From: Malacoraja senta
Lineage: Eukaryota
NCBI GenBank assembly: GCA_038087875.1
Contig: CM075988.1
Span: 6,324,001 to 6,386,000 of the forward strand
DNA length: 62,000 bases
Direction: 5' to 3'
Positions 36,891 through 48,139 of this stretch are shown in pieces; positions within the stretch are counted from its first letter, which is position 1, and each line of letters opens with the position of its first letter. The notes under the pieces are model-generated. The model saw nothing but the letters and a program-made list of their open reading frames with translations, did not search any database and was not told where the DNA came from. Both the position numbers and the translations under genes were made by a program.

Positions 36891-37521
36891 TAGATGGTGG
36901 ACGTTAGAACACCATGATCCTGATTCTCCAACCCATGGTTCTGTCCTTAGAGACTCAAGTCCTAGAGGGGTGAGTGAATGAATCTGGCCCAATGTCCAGT
37001 GGTTTCCTTTCAAATAACTTCAGAGCTCAAGAGAAACCTTCAGACATTTGGTTATTGTTCCTCAGTGACGTGAGGCCCAAAATCAGACACGAACGTGCAT
37101 CCATGCTGCCAACATCAAATTTCACTCCTGTTCTTTGTAATTCTCATCGTCATATGCCAAAGCGATTAAGGTCCAGGGAAAATGGCCAACTTGAATTATA
37201 TATTCCTTATTTAGGTCTAAAATAGTCAAGTTTCAGCCAAACTAGACATCATTTGAGCACATCAGGCATTGGTTAAAAAGCTGCAATCAGTGAAGCTTTT
37301 CAACTTTTAATGTGACTTGTACTGATGCCATAAAAATCCATTTGAAAGGAACAGGAAATACGGTGCAGGTCTAAGCAGGGAGGTTTTTTTCATCAAAAAA
37401 TGCTTAAAAAATTGCAATTAAAAGGCCAGAAAATTTTCCTGCTGAGCCTGAAACCTGGTGGTAATTTGAAGCGGGCTACCGACCAAACGCAATCACGGGT
37501 AACTCGTACAGGAGGCTCGGG

Positions 37522-37535
37522 GTAACCATGGCAAC
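37522..37535. promoter_or_regulatory. RFX X-box-like motif
   Basis: GTAACCATGGCAAC fits GTNRCC(N0-3)RGYAAC and lies in TE-free sequence. Confidence 0.3.
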
Positions 37536-37844
37536 ACTCAGTGTGATGTGTGGAAATTCATTTGGGTAACTGGGTCATTAAACAATTGTAAGAAGGTCTG
37601 AGCATCTGGAATTCACATCCAGACTTCAATCGTGATTTAGGCCGTGTGTTGGATTAGCGCCCTGATGGGCTGCGTTGCTGGGTGCAGATGTGCAGCAAGT
37701 TCCATGTTAGGACTGGAAGAAGATGACCAGATAGTTGATAGCTTGGTGCAGTCTGGGGCATGCGGTCCGCGTTCCAAAGGCTGGCTTAGGTTAAAGACAC
37801 ATTTTCAATTCTTGCCTCAGAAAACGTCTACACACTTTGACCAT

Positions 37845-38275
37845 TTCATAAGTTGTAGGAGTAGAATTAGGCTCTTCAGCCCATCAAGTCTACTCCACCA
37901 TTCAATCATGGCTGATCTATCTTTTCTTCTCAACCCCATTCTCCTGTCTTCCCCCATAATCCCTGACAATTACTAATTAATAATCTATCAATCTCCACCT
38001 TAAAAATATTCATGGCCTCCACAGCCATCTGTGGCAATGAATTCTACATATTTACCACCCGCTGACTAAAGAAATCCCTCCTCATCTCCTTTCTAAAGGT
38101 ACGTCCTTTGGTTCTGAGGCTGTGCCCTCTGGTCCTGTACTCCCCCACTAGTGGAACCATCTTCTCCACGTCCACTCTATCCAGGTCTTTCACTCTTCGG
38201 TAAGTTTCAATGAGGTCCCCCCTCATTCTTCTAAACTCCAGCGAGTACAGGCCCAGTGCTGTCAAATGCTCACCA
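37845..38275 (-). mobile_element. CR1 3' fragment
   Basis: [20 protein letters not shown]...RTRGHSLRTKG...FFSQRVVN. Confidence 0.88.
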
Positions 38276-38384
38276 TATATTTCCCAATTTAAATTGGGTT
38301 TACCTTGGAGAACATTACATTAAAAAATACTGTAAATGGAAACGGTTGTGTGAAATGCATTGTATTTCAGTACAACATGTCTTT

Positions 38385-38812
38385 AGGCTATACTTTAGAC
38401 TTTATAGATATAGCGCAGACACAGGCCCTTCAGCCCACTGAGTCCGCGCTGACCAGAGATTCCCGTACACTGGCACTATTCTACACACTGGGGACAATTT
38501 ACAACTTTTTTTACCAAAGCCAGTTAACTTACAAACCTGTTCTCTGGTGCTGTGATGTGTAGGAAGGAACTGCAGCTGCTGGTTTAAAGCAAAGATAGAC
38601 ACAAAAAGTTGGAGTAACTCAGCGGGACAGGCAGCTTCTTTGGAGAGATGGAATGGGTGACGTTTCGGGTCGAGACAGAAGAAGGGACCCGACCTGAAAC
38701 GTCACCCATGCTTTCTCTCCAGAGATGCTACCTGTCCCGCTGAGTTACTCCAGTTTTTGTGTCTGTCTCTGGTGCTGTAAGGCAGCAAATCTACTGCTGC
38801 ACCACTGTCCCT
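38385..38812 (-). mobile_element. HE1-like SINE with Penelope inverted-repeat insert (38554-38765)
   Basis: 13-bp TSD TCTCTGGTGCTGT at 38541-38553 and 38766-38778. Confidence 0.75.
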
Positions 38813-38849
38813 GGGGCGGAGAGCAGGATCCCATTGGTTACTGCAAAGA

Positions 38850-39175
38850 ACGGTGGCTCAGCTACTACAGCTGCTGCCTCACAGCGCCAGAGAGCCAGGT
38901 TCGATCCTGACCACGAGTGCTGTCTGTGTGGAGTGTGCCCGTTCTCCCTGTGACCACGTGGGTTTCCTCTGGGTGCTCCTGTTTCCTACCATATCCCAAA
39001 GACGTGCGGGTTTGTAGGTTAATTAGCCTAAAAATTGCCCTTAGTGTGTGGAGAGTGGATGAGAAAGTGGGAAAGCATAGAACTGCATAAAACAGAAAGC
39101 ATGGATGGTCGGCGTGGACCCGATGGGCCGAAAGGCCTGTTTTCATGCTAGTATATCTTTCAATCAATTCAATCA
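38850..39175 (+). mobile_element. HE1-like SINE
   Basis: GGTTCGATCC, central domain and (TCAA)n tail. Confidence 0.8.
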
Positions 39176-39594
39176 ATAGTTTCATAAATCGGGGACGTAC
39201 TCTGAAAAGTCAAGGAATTATCATGAAGATTCATAATTTAAATGTTCATAAACTCAAGATCACATTTGCTTTCTGCCCCTCTAGTGAGAGCTTTGCGGTG
39301 AGGTGCCGAGAAATCGCTAGCTATTCATGGTCTATTATTCCACTGTGTGTCTCTGACAGTGGTGAATTGTTCTTTACTGACTGCAGTCTGAAATGCCAGA
39401 TGATCCCTCTTGAATAGTGAACTTAAATGTAAAGCCCATCTCCCCATCTTTGCAAGATATTGTGAAATATCAATTTTATTTTCATCTGATAATAAAGGGA
39501 AACTAAATATTATAATTGCCCTTAAAAATGGCTGTTTTGTAAAAATCTGTTAATATTCGGAGGCCTTTCAATGAAACAAGTTGCAATCTTGTAT

Positions 39595-39952
39595 TTTTAG
39601 TTTAGTTTAGTTTATAGTTTAGTTCAGTTTAGTTTAATTTAGTTCAGTTCAGTTTAGTTTAGTTTAGTTTAGAGATACAGCATGGAAATTGATCCTTAGG
39701 CCCACCGAGTCCGTGGCGACCTTCGATCATCTATTCATACTAATTCTCTGTTATCCTCTCATCCACTCCCTATGTACTAAGGGCAATTTAATTTGTAGCC
39801 AAATAACCTACAAACCCACTCGTCTTTGGTAAGGTGGGGGAAACCGAAGCACCAGGAGGAAACCCATGCGGTCAGAGAGAGAACATGCAAATTTCACATA
39901 GACAGCACCCGAGGTCAGGTTTGAACCCACGTCTCTACCCGCTGTGCCGCCC
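39595..39952 (-). mobile_element. HE1-like SINE with long (GTTTA)n tail
   Basis: About 75-bp pentamer tail and reverse body. Confidence 0.8.
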
Positions 39953-40129
39953 AATTCTAGTGGAGCGCTGTATTATTTGATAACGACATGGGCCATTGAA
40001 CAAGGCCGGTCATGTTTGTAGGCTGGGTTGAATCACCTCTTCCCTCACAGAAAATTAAATCAGTTTTGATATGATGAAACTATTTGGATAATTTGAACTT
40101 CTGATGTAATAATTACTGATTAAGAGACT

Positions 40130-40320
40130 GGTTACACAGAGGGTGGCCCTGGGGGCAAATGCAATAATGGCATTTAAAAGATTTTTGGATGGGCACATGG
40201 ATGTGCAGGGAGTGAAGGAGTATATGCAGGCCGATAAAAGTTGGTCTTGGCATCATATTCAGTAGAGACATTGTGGATCAAATGGCTTGTTCCTGTGTTG
40301 TGTTGTTCGATGTTCTATGG
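40130..40320 (+). mobile_element. Degenerate CR1 3' end
   Basis: ACACAGAGGGTGG...GGCATTTAAAAG...TGTTCCTGTGTTG...TGTTCTATG. Confidence 0.55.
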
Positions 40321-40384
40321 TCTGTTTTCGGCAAAGACCTTGGTTGGTAGGAGGGACATTGGTTAACCACCTTAGTCATTGGTG

Positions 40385-40858
40385 CTAGCTCTGCTTTGCT
40401 CTGAACCTTATTCATATCTCTAGTTTCCCTCTCCCATGCCTCTCAGTCCGAAGAAAGATCTCGAACCTATTCCTTTTCTCCTGACCCGCTAAGTTACTCC
40501 AGAATTTTGTGTCTATCTTGGTTAGTCATTGGTTAGTCAAGGTTCAGGGTTAGTTAATGATGAAGCAAGCAGCTAGGTTATTCAGAAGTAAGATAAGAGC
40601 CTGATTTGACAACTGGTTAAGCGATCACTAATTACACATTAACCTGTGTTCGTCTAACTAGTGACTTATTCAACATTTCGTTAAACAAGGTCTGGGGTTA
40701 CTTGTAAAGTGAGGGCTTGAGACTTTTGTTTAAGAAGGAACTGTAGATGCTCGAAAATCGAAGGTAGACAAAAATGCTGGAGAAACTCAGCGGGTGAGGC
40801 AGCATCTATGGAGCGAAGGAAATAGGCGACGTTTCGGGTCGACACCCTTCTTCAGACT
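40385..40858. mobile_element. Two Penelope terminal-repeat fragments (40385-40520 + and 40729-40858 -)
   Basis: Terminal-repeat motifs with flanking direct repeats TTAGTCATTGGT and AGACTTTTG. Confidence 0.65.
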
Positions 40859-41950
40859 TTTGGCTTTGTGGCTAAATGCTTAAGGTTTACTGAACAACAG
40901 AGTATGGAGTTTCTGGGAAAGAGAAAAGGATCAAAGAGGTAGTAAAAGAGGAGAGGTGAAAAAGGGGAAGTGAGAAGGGCGATGAAATGAAAGGATGGAT
41001 TAAAAATAGAGGAGAGAATAAAGGAGAAGGAGGGAAAAGGAGAAGTCCAAAGAGAATGAAGGGTTTGAGTAGTATAGATGTCAGGGGCTATGGGGAAAAG
41101 GGAGAATGCGGTTGAGGGAAAGATAGATCAGCCATGATTGAATGGTGGAGTCGACGCGATGGGCCGAATGGCCTAATTCTGCTCTTAGAACATGTAGAGG
41201 AAGGAACAAAAGGAATGAAAGGAGTAAAGGGAGAGGCAAGAGGAAAAGTAGAGAGAGGGATAAAATTGAAGAGAAGAGATAAAAACCAGGGTGAAGAGGG
41301 GCCTGTTGCTGCAGGGCTCTGGTGATGATGTTGGTGCATGCGACTGTTTGCCGGCTACTCGCAGCACTGCCATGGAAGAGGCTGCTTCCTCCAGGCCAGC
41401 AACGGCTGGTGTGATTTACTGCTCCAGCACCTGGCTTCCTCTCGCCTGGGGGACTCGAGCCGTAAAACAAACAGATTGGATTCTTCTGACGGAATGTTCA
41501 GCCGCTGGTGTCACCTTTCCCTTCAAACCATCCCACTGCGAGACAGGCAGAGGGTCGGAATCCACGGATTAAAATCCCCCCCTCCCTTCCTCACACATTT
41601 TTTCAAATAAGCACCGCTGCGCACACATGGAATAACTGCAGTATTTTCTCCCGTATTTTTACACCAGGAGAGATACTGACTGATGCATCGAGCTGTTTCT
41701 CAGAAGAATCAAATGTCACCTCTGGCGTGGAATCAGTCGAGAGATGCAGCTGTGCGGCGAGGTTCGCACATCTGTCCTGGCATGGTGGAGATTTATCTTG
41801 TGATGATCATCATCCCAGCACCTCCTAAAAAGCAACACAGATTCAACTTGAGGGATATCATCACATGCACTGGCAGCTGGGATAGGTTTAGAACATAAAC
41901 ATATCACACATGGTGAGCATGGGAACAGGCTCACCAGCCACAATATCCAC

Positions 41951-42076
41951 GGCAAACGTGATGCCAAGCTAAATCAGTCCCCTCTGCCTGCGTTATCTCA
42001 AGATTCAAGAGATTTTATTGTCATGTGTCCCTGATAGGACAATGAAATTCTTGCTTTGCTTCAGCACAACAGAATA
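41951..42076 (+). repeat. 126-bp direct repeat, copy 1
   Basis: Identical to 46025-46150. Confidence 0.97.
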
Positions 42077-42599
42077 GTAAGATTAAACGAGAACTTACCT
42101 AAATTTGAAGTTTGATCTTTATTTTATGAGGAGTTACGTAGGTGATTACGTGAAGAACCCCGCCAGTGCGCCTGCGCGTCAATCTTCAAAGCAGCGGTGT
42201 GAAATCACAAAAAACAACAACCGAAGTAATATAGTCTCATATTAAAACGAGTAATACAAGAACTTCCATCTGACCTTTATGATAGAGGGTAGGGTCGTGG
42301 CGGGCACGTAATCACCTACGTAACTCCTCATAAAATAAAAATCAAACTTCAAACTTAGGTAAGTTCTCGTTTAATCTTACTATTTTACTTCGGAGTCACG
42401 TGAGTGACTACGTGAAGATTTTAAAGCTTTGTGATTTCATGCCGTAGATCAATCCCGGCTTCTCACTGCATAGATTGACTCGGAACGAGAATAATCAATC
42501 ATGCATTCATAATAACATTTGTACCACAAATGCAGTAATTCATTTCAATAATGAAATTAATCAGATCCCCTTTAAACCAAAGGAATTTACACAGAACTT

Positions 42600-43510
42600 A
42601 AAATAGTTTCTGCAAACAATCCCGCATTAACAATAGGCCGATGGTAAAAATGTTGAAACATCAACTCATTGGACCACCTGGCGGCTGCGAGGATATGGTC
42701 GACGGGGACGTCTTTTGCCCTGGCCGCCGACGTTTCTGCTGCCCTAGTCGAGTGAGACGTAAAAACATAAGTGTTAATACCAGCAGCTGTTAAGACTTCT
42801 TTTATCCATCTGGAAATAGTCTGTATTGAAACTCTCTTGTGTGGTTTCCTTGCATGTGATCAACAACCCAGTTTCCGTATTTCTCAAATTCTTTGTGACC
42901 TCAATGTATTGTAACAAATATGTCTTAATACAGAGACAAGGATCATTTGGATATACTGCTAATTTTAAATCCTGTCACACCTGGCCTAATTTGCTTTAGT
43001 AGGTCATAGATATAGAATGTAACCTTATCTTCAGTTACTTCCATACTGTCTATTTGTAATTTTCCAAGTGTTTGCACTCGTTGTGCTGTCACTCATGCCA
43101 TAAGCATTAATACTTTCATACTGAGCTTGGCCAAAGGTAAAGACACACTTGATGACCATTCACGAAGTAGTTTCAGTACCACACTTACATCCCAGATTGT
43201 CATGTATCTAGGTTTCCGTGGTTTGAAATTAAAGATTCCTTTCATTAGTCTGGAAACAATTGGGTGTGACCCAATTGGGTTTCTTTCTGAATCCAGAACC
43301 AAATATGAGGACAATGCACTTCTGGCTGAATTAATTGCACTACAACTCAGACCTTCATCATAATAAAGTTTTGACAGAAATTCTAAACACTTGAAATATC
43401 TGCAGTACTTTTTTGCACATTATTTTGTACACAGAACTCTTCCCATTTCTTAATATAAGAAAGGTACTGTTTTTGAGTGCTCTTCCTCCAGGCTGCCATA
43501 AGCATGTCCA
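42600..43510 (-). pseudogene. DIRS tyrosine recombinase (disrupted)
   Basis: IGSHPIVSRLMKGIFNFKP...WDVSVVL; TAQRVQTL; FTSHSTRAAETSAA (HSTR at 42743-42754); W and FY catalytic region; stops and frameshifts present. Confidence 0.85.
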
Positions 43511-43549
43511 CAGTACTCTCAGGCAGTCCTCGTCCCAGAAAAGGCATTC

Positions 43550-43945
43550 TTAAAACCTGCAAATCAACAAATCCAAACGATCATATAATGGATGTTGTTC
43601 CCCTGTTAAAGGGTGCAGCAATAAATTACTCTTTTTTGGGACTTTCATTAACATTTGTGTTGTTAATTCTAATATCAACGGATACCATGGCTGTGTAGGC
43701 CAATCTGGTACTACCAATACCCTTGAAGCAGCATCTTGCCTGATTTTAAGCAAACATTGGCTTATGAGGCAGAAAGGTGGAAATATATATGAAAACATAC
43801 CACCCCAATGTAGCGAGAAAGCATCAATCGCCACTGCTCCTTGATCTGGTTTCCATGAGACATATCTCGATAGCTGATGATTCAAGTCGATGTCGGGCAT
43901 TCCAAATCTGATTACTATATCATTGAATACCTCTTGATTCAACAT
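43550..43945 (-). pseudogene. DIRS methyltransferase-like (MT) domain
   Basis: PDIDL...YVSWKPDQGAVAIDAFSLHW...YIFPPFCLI...VVPDWPTQPWYP. Confidence 0.8.
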
Positions 43946-43959
43946 TCATTCTTTATTAT

Positions 43960-45310
43960 CATGGAACATTCGTGACCTGGTGTCTGCTATCGTGTTCATT
44001 CTACCTGGTAGATAGATAGCTGAAATCCAAATGTTCTTTTCAATACACCAAGACCAAAGTTGATTTAACCATTTTGTCACATGACACCGACTTAATTCCA
44101 CCCATATCATTAATATAGGCAACTGCTGTTGTGTTTATTAATTTGAACTTGAACCTTCCTTTTTGTTGTGTTAGAACCATAAGCTTGGAGTCCATAGAAA
44201 CCTCCTAAAAGCTCCAAATAGGTAATTCCCCATGTCTGCAGTAACAATAACTCTTCCTGATTCCATCTGCCTCCGCAGCTAGATGTTAAGTCAGTTACAT
44301 CCCATCCTAGTGCACTGGCATCAGTTTGTAATATCATGGAAGGTTGTTCAATCAGCACTTTGCCTGAACTGCTTGAGACATGTAGAATCCACCACTGCAG
44401 ATTAGAAACAGCATTTGTTGTTACTTGCATGGTTCTATCAAAATGACCAGCATTTACTCTCAGTGCCTGTTCTTTGATTCTCTGCAGCTGTTGATAATGT
44501 AATGGTCCATACTGGACTGTAATTTTCCCAGTACTCGAGCCACCTGTCTGATTAGAGGTTTTTGCTCGTTTAACAGATTACTGCAATCTTTAATCAACTC
44601 CACCCTTTTTTCACTGGGCAAAGTAATTTGCATTTGGGCTGAATCAATTGTGAACCCCAAATAATCAATCGAGGTACATGTTTTTAACCTTGATTTCTTT
44701 GGATGAATTTAGAAACCCCCAAACTTTCAAAAGTTTGATTTCATAACTGCAAGCAACCGATGCTTCTGTTGACTGTTTTGTCCTTCCTATAATCAGGACA
44801 TCATCCAGGTATGCCATTAGTACATGCCCCTGGCTCTCAGCAACCCCAGAATTGATTTTAACAATTTTATGAATATTCTGGGAGCGAACGTTAACCCATT
44901 AGGCAGAGCTTTGAACTGCCCTAATTGGTTCATCCATGTAAATTTAAGATACTTCATATCTTGCAAGTGAACAGACACTGAACAAAAGGATTCAGACTTG
45001 TCAAGTCTATAATAATCCTACATCCTCCATCCTTTTTTGATCGAGGGAATATATTTGACCCAAATTGGTGAATTTGGTAGACTGATTCTTCAATAACACC
45101 TTTTATATATAGGGTTTTGAAGCGCAGCTTGAACCTCCATTACTTCGCAAAGTGGAGAGTTCTGCTAGGAACATGCTGGACAGGCAAATCATAATTTGGA
45201 TTGAATTCAATTCGAAATCCTTGTATATTATTCAGAATTACCACATCTGAAGTAATCTTCTTCCAATGTTTATAGAAGAGACGTAATCTGCCTCCAACTT
45301 TTGGACTTAA
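43960..45310 (-). pseudogene. DIRS reverse transcriptase / RNase H (frameshifted)
   Basis: VGGRLRLFYKHWKKITSD; FKALPNGLTFAPRIF; AYLDDVLI (44800-44811); QTDASALGW; ITYLEL. Confidence 0.88.
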
Positions 45311-45399
45311 TCCAGTTAGTATGTTCCCATGAGAACCAGGTCCACCTACCTCTTGAGTCATTTGAGTATTCTGAGATCCCTGGATTCTCCCGGAAGCAC

Positions 45400-46024
45400 C
45401 ACCACTGGTTCTTACTCCCGCTGCAGGCCGCCAGCTATGTCCCTGTGTTGATGAGCGACTTGGTCCTGGTCTAGGATCCGTATGACGTCTGAAAGGATAC
45501 TTCCTCTTTACAGACTTTGCAACCATTGATGTTTTTATCAATCCTGTTTTCGCTTCATCTTCCAACTCTTTAAAACGTCTCCCGAGATCCTCTCCAAAGA
45601 GTAAGTTGGGTAATTGTATATTACTTGGTTTGCAGAGTGCTGCGAATTTCGGATTCATAGTAGGCCGTATAGCACCATCCTCAGATAATTGATCTCGAAG
45701 TGGGTGCTGCATAGCAACCCCAGTGCTTCCTGATGCAACTTCGTCATCTCTTGGCTGTTATCTGCTATTCTGGTAAAAGCAGTTATTCCAGAACCCAGCA
45801 GCTTTAATATTCTCTGCAACTGATTCCAGATAATTTGGTTCACTGCTGCTGCTTTCAGCAACCTACAATTACTTGGGGTCTCCTGCTTTCTTGCAGTCTC
45901 ATCCATCTCCTGCTGTTCCAGCTGATGGTAAACCAAGTAATTTATTAAGGAGGCCAGTTCTTCTCCTAATGGCTCTCCTGACCCTGACGGGGCAGCGAAT
46001 CCTACTGCCAGGGGTGGAACATCT
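45400..46024 (-). pseudogene. DIRS gag-like ORF C-terminal part
   Basis: PSNC...INYLR...IRPTMNPKFAALC...LLFGEDL, located upstream of RT. Confidence 0.65.
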
Positions 46025-46150
46025 GGCAAACGTGATGCCAAGCTAAATCAGTCCCCTCTGCCTGCGTTATCTCAAGATTCAAGAGATTTTATTGTCATGT
46101 GTCCCTGATAGGACAATGAAATTCTTGCTTTGCTTCAGCACAACAGAATA
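46025..46150 (+). repeat. 126-bp direct repeat, copy 2
   Basis: Identical to 41951-42076. Confidence 0.97.
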
Positions 46151-46512
46151 TAGTAGGCATGACTACAAAACAGATCAGTGTGTCCATATAACATTATATA
46201 AATATATACACATGGATAAATAAACTGATAAAGTGCAGGTAACAGATAATGGGCTATTAATGTTCAGAGTTTTGTCCGAGCCAAGTTTAATAGCCTGGGG
46301 AAGTAGCTATTCCTGAACCTGGTCGTTGCAGTCTTCAGGCTCCTGTACCTTCTACCTGAAGGTAGCAGGGAGTAGAGTGTGTGGCCAGGATGGTGTGGGT
46401 CCTTGATGATACTGCCAGCCTTTTTGAGGCAGCGACTGCGATAGATCCCCTCGATGGAAGGGAGGTCAGAGCCGATGATGGATTGGGCAGTGTTTACTAC
46501 TTTTTGTAGTCT
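46072..46512 (-). mobile_element. Rex1/Babar LINE 3' fragment
   Basis: LQKVVNTAQSIIGSDLPSIEGIYRSRCLKKAGSIIKDPHHPGHTLYSLLPSGRRYRSL plus UTR. Confidence 0.88.
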
Positions 46513-46519
46513 TTTATAG

Positions 46520-46752
46520 TCTGCATTTCCATGTGCCCATCTAAAATGCCTCTATTGTATCCACCTCCACCACCACCCCTGACAGTGCGTTCCTTTAAAC
46601 TTTTCCCCTCTCACCTTAAAGCTATGCCCTCTGGTCTTTGGCATTCCCAGCCTGGGGAAATGGTTGTGACTGTCTACCCCATCTATTCCTCTCATCGTTT
46701 TATATTCTTCTATCAGGTCCCCTGGTCAGCCTCCGATGCTCCAGAGAAAATG
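46520..46752 (-). mobile_element. Degenerate CR1 fragment
   Basis: CCCCTCTCACCTTAAAGCTATGCCCTCTGGTC is the reverse of the RGHSFKVRG motif. Confidence 0.65.
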
Positions 46753-47132
46753 TAAATTGACACCATTTTCAGCATAAACATCGAGGGCCAAATGGCCTGT
46801 TCTTGTGCTGTGCTGTTCTATGTCTTGATATTAAATGCCCTTGACTCCTACACCCATCCCAGACACAGAATGGCTTTATTTTCACATGAACAGCTCCTGG
46901 ACAATGGCAGCAACCATCTCCTCTGGGTCCGTGTAGGAACGAACTGCAGATGCTGGTTCCAATTTCCTCCCACATTCCACCGATGTGCAGGTTTGTAGGT
47001 AAGTTGGCTTCAGTAAAATTGTTCATTGTGCCTAGTGTGTATGATAGTGCAAGTAGTGCAGGGTGATCGCTGGTCGGAATGGACTCAGTGGGCCGAACGG
47101 CCTATTTCCGCACTGTATGTCTAAAGTCTAAC

Positions 47133-47478
47133 GAGCGGGCAAGATCATCTCTGACCCCTCTCACCCTGGCAACAAACTCTTTGAATCACTTCCCTCTGGA
47201 AGGCTACTCCGGATTGTCAAAGCTGCCACAGCCAGACATAAAAACAGTTTTTATCCACGAGTAGTTGCTCTACTCAACAGCCAAAAATCTGTAGCCTCCC
47301 TTTGATCTGGTATTTTGTTGGTTCACATGCTTGATCAATGGCATTTTATCATTAATGTTTTATTATTATTAATGTTTAGTGTTTTCTGAATCATTCGTAA
47401 CTGTCATTGTATGTCATGTTGTTACTTGTGGGCGGAGCACCAAGGCAAATTCCTTGTATGTGAATACTTGGCCAATAA

Positions 47479-47508
<30 letters not shown>
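47133..47508 (+). mobile_element. Rex1/Babar LINE 3' end
   Basis: AGKIISDPSHPGNKLFESLPSGRLLRIVKAATARHKNSFYPRVVALLN; AATAAA and (ACTT)n tail. Confidence 0.85.
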
Positions 47509-47511
<3 letters not shown>

Positions 47512-47597
47512 CACAGCAAAGGCACTGATTCAAGATCCCACCCAAAATATCACAGTCATTTGGCTTCCACAGAGGCTGCTTGACCCACTGAGCTCTT

Positions 47598-48052
47598 CCA
47601 GAGGTGGTGAATCTATGGAATTCTTTGCCTCATACAGCTGTGCAGGCCAAATCATTGGGATTTTTAAGGCGGAGATTGACAGATTCTAGATTAGTACGAG
47701 TGTCAGGGGCTATGGGCAGAAGGCAGGAGAATGGGGTTGAGAGGGAAAGATAGATCAGTCATGATTGAATGGCGGAGTAGACTTGATGGGCCGAATGGCC
47801 TAAAGGGCCTGTCCCACTTTCACGACCTAATTCATGACCTCTGCCGAGTTTGCCCTTGACTCATACTCGCAGCATGGTCATCACAAGGTCGTAGGAAGTC
47901 GTAGGTAGGTCGTAGCAGGCCCTGATGCTAGTCGTAAATACTCGTGGCATCAAGTAGGTCGGGGCGTTTTTTCTAGCCTGATGAAAAATGTCCATGAGTA
48001 AAAAAGGTTGTGAATTATGTCGTGATAGTGGGACAGGCCCTTTACTCTGCTC
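47598..48052 (+). mobile_element. CR1 3' end interrupted by a MITE
   Basis: GTGGTGAATCTATGGAATTC...GGGCCGAATGGCCTA, then the MITE, then CTCTGCTC. Confidence 0.75.
47804..48041. mobile_element. PIF/Harbinger-like MITE
   Basis: TIR AGGGCCTGTCCCACT...AGTGGGACAGGCCCT flanked by TAA / TTA; shares GAAAAATGTCCATGAG with the 33.5-kb MITE. Confidence 0.7.
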
Positions 48053-48139
48053 AGTGGATTTATGAAACTTGCTCTCTGTGTATTTTCTACTGTATGTGCA
48101 GTAATGCAGCGGTTATTGATCTGTGCTTGGATCAGAAGT

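Larger units (their letters stand above)
42073..46024 (-). mobile_element. DIRS1-type tyrosine-recombinase retrotransposon, 5'-truncated and disrupted
   Basis: Gag-like, RT, RNase H, MT and YR domains in DIRS order; ICR (42305-42417) complementary to the right terminus (42073-42152); left ITR absent. Confidence 0.92.

Noticed and set aside
40915..41300. Lys/Glu/Gly-rich ORFs
   Set aside because: GA-rich low-complexity DNA plus a CR1 UTR fragment.
42600..43945. Phage integrase plus Dam methylase as prophage or contamination
   Set aside because: Both are embedded with RT, RNase H and an ICR in standard DIRS order among vertebrate SINEs.
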